A DNA stretch of 64,000 nucleotides from Gordius albopunctatus (taxonomy: Eukaryota): assembly GCA_964276515.1 (NCBI GenBank), contig OZ193909.1:18290001-18354000 (forward strand), in the 5' to 3' direction. The notes under the pieces were generated by a model, which saw nothing but the letters and a program-made list of their open reading frames with translations, made no database searches and was not told the origin of the DNA. A program made the position numbers and the translations under genes. Shown here one piece after another: positions 62,322 through 64,000 of this stretch; within the stretch, counting starts at the first letter, position 1; every line of letters starts with the position of its first letter.

Positions 62322-64000
62322 CAGTAGCGTAGCTAGCCTTTTTGCCTTGGGGGGGGGGGGCTGAGCTGGTCAAGCCATAAGGGGGGGGGGCAAAAAAATT
62401 CTGCAAAAAGAAATTTCTTCTGCCCGAGCCCGATTTTTCAATTTTTATTTTGCCCGGCCCGAAAGAAATTTTTAATTTTGGCCCGAGCCCGACCCGATTT
62501 TTCAAATAAAATTTCGAAAAAATTATATTTTTCAAATTTTTTTCACCATCTAAATATAAAATGCATTAGATTTTTATTACTCGTAATTTACAACTAGGAT
62601 AAGTTTGAAATAAAAAATCCACTTTCACTCGTTAAAATATATTCAGCTAATAATTTAAAGCTAAAAATATAACTTTATAAAATATATTTTTTACAGTTCC
62701 AAATAAAAAACTTTTTGAACTATTTACTTCTCTTATTTCTAAAGTTGTAACTTCTATGAATCTATTTAAATAATAGAATAATATTTGCATTTCATGTCGG
62801 TTATATTATAACAGACAAGGGAAAAGAGCTGAAGTTTGAGAGCTATATAATGTACGCTGTGCCAAGATATTGAATTTATTTAAATTCTATTTTATAAAAG
62901 ATTAATTTGCTTTAGTTCAATTCGAGCCGGGCTCGGGCCTCAGATCGAGCCGCCACATCAGGCCCGACCCGAGCCCGAGGCCCCATTATTTTATGAAATT
63001 TTGGGGCCGGGTCGGGCTTCAGGCGGCCCGTGCAGGGCTCTAACTACATATACCCTTAAAAATTCCCCCCCCCCTTAATCCAAAACCTGAATACGACCAT
63101 GGGTCAAACGCAAATTAAGAATTTTTCTCTCATAAACGTTGGGCAAACTTAAAATCCCGCTACTAATTTGTGTATTTTATCTAATAACATCACACTAGTA
63201 TGTCTTAGACCCGTATGTATCTAGGAATCTAGGTTATAAAATAATGAAAATTTATTCATAAATAAAACAAAGTAATGTAGTTGAAACAACATAAATTTCA
63301 CTTTGTATAATAAGTTTGTGTATAAATGATTGTAAGGGCACAAAGTGGAACGGGGATATTGACAGAAATCGTTGACATTTTAAAAAATAATACAAATATT
63401 AAAAAAACTATATAAAAAAGGTTTTATAAAAATTATTATTGCCAAAACCCCAAAAAATCTTGGCCATATATATAACATTTTATAATTTTACATATACAAT
63501 ATTGGCAGCATTTATATCATGAAAACAATGAGAACATTTAAAAGCCTTTTTAGGCTAGATGCTCGAAAGGCGTAATTATAACATAAATATGGAAAAAAAT
63601 TAATTATGAAATTAAAATTCGTTCAAGAATGAGTATTTAGAAGTTATTGCCCTGATGATATTATAGATATATTCGCACAACCGCCCCCCCCCCCTTTAAA
63701 TCACCTAAAAATTAAAATAAACAAATTTTACGGCTAAATTAACCTTAAAAATATTCTGTCAAAATTAAATGAATCAAAACTTTACTTAATAATTATAGAT
63801 GAAATTAGATATCTGAGATGCACAGAACAACTTAGCGTTTTTGTACATTTCGTATGAATCCTAGGCACATCAAAAGGATTTTTTTTTGTGATTTTTATCC
63901 CTTAAAAGTCTTGATGCGTTAACAATTGTCTATATAAATCAGGAATTTGTTATTAATATTAATTTATCAAACTTTTGATGGGAGATCCCTAATAAAAGGG
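62322..64000. mobile_element. Left part of composite hAT, duplicate of 24515-26193
   Basis: GTTTTATC followed by CAGTAGCGTAGCTAG. Confidence 0.8.

Larger units (their letters stand above)
38726..64000 (+). repeat. Segmental duplication, copy 2 (runs off the window)
   Basis: Near-identical to 925-26193. Confidence 0.98.

Overview
AT-rich eukaryotic (most likely invertebrate metazoan) DNA with short GT-AG introns and dense nested transposon debris; no bacterial-type system, CRISPR array, rRNA or confident tRNA is visible. Main content: (1) a 16-exon minus-strand M12B/reprolysin (ADAMTS-like) zinc metalloprotease gene, reconstructed by hand at 20495-33700 (about 670 codons, all splice phases consistent, intact HELGHNIGLPHD motif split by a 7.4-kb TE-filled intron, start exon not found); (2) a near-identical direct duplication, 925-26193 repeated at 38726-64000, carrying the 3' half of a second copy of that gene; (3) two inverted, decayed fragments of the same gene; (4) a serpin pseudogene fragment inside a repeat; (5) several hAT elements with exact 8-bp TSDs, CRE-clade non-LTR retroelements (one with a 34-bp flanking direct repeat), Gypsy and Penelope remnants, a Harbinger fragment, a non-autonomous Helitron, MITEs and minisatellites; (6) a 200-N gap at 28251-28450. 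All family assignments come from motif recognition by eye, not from database searches.
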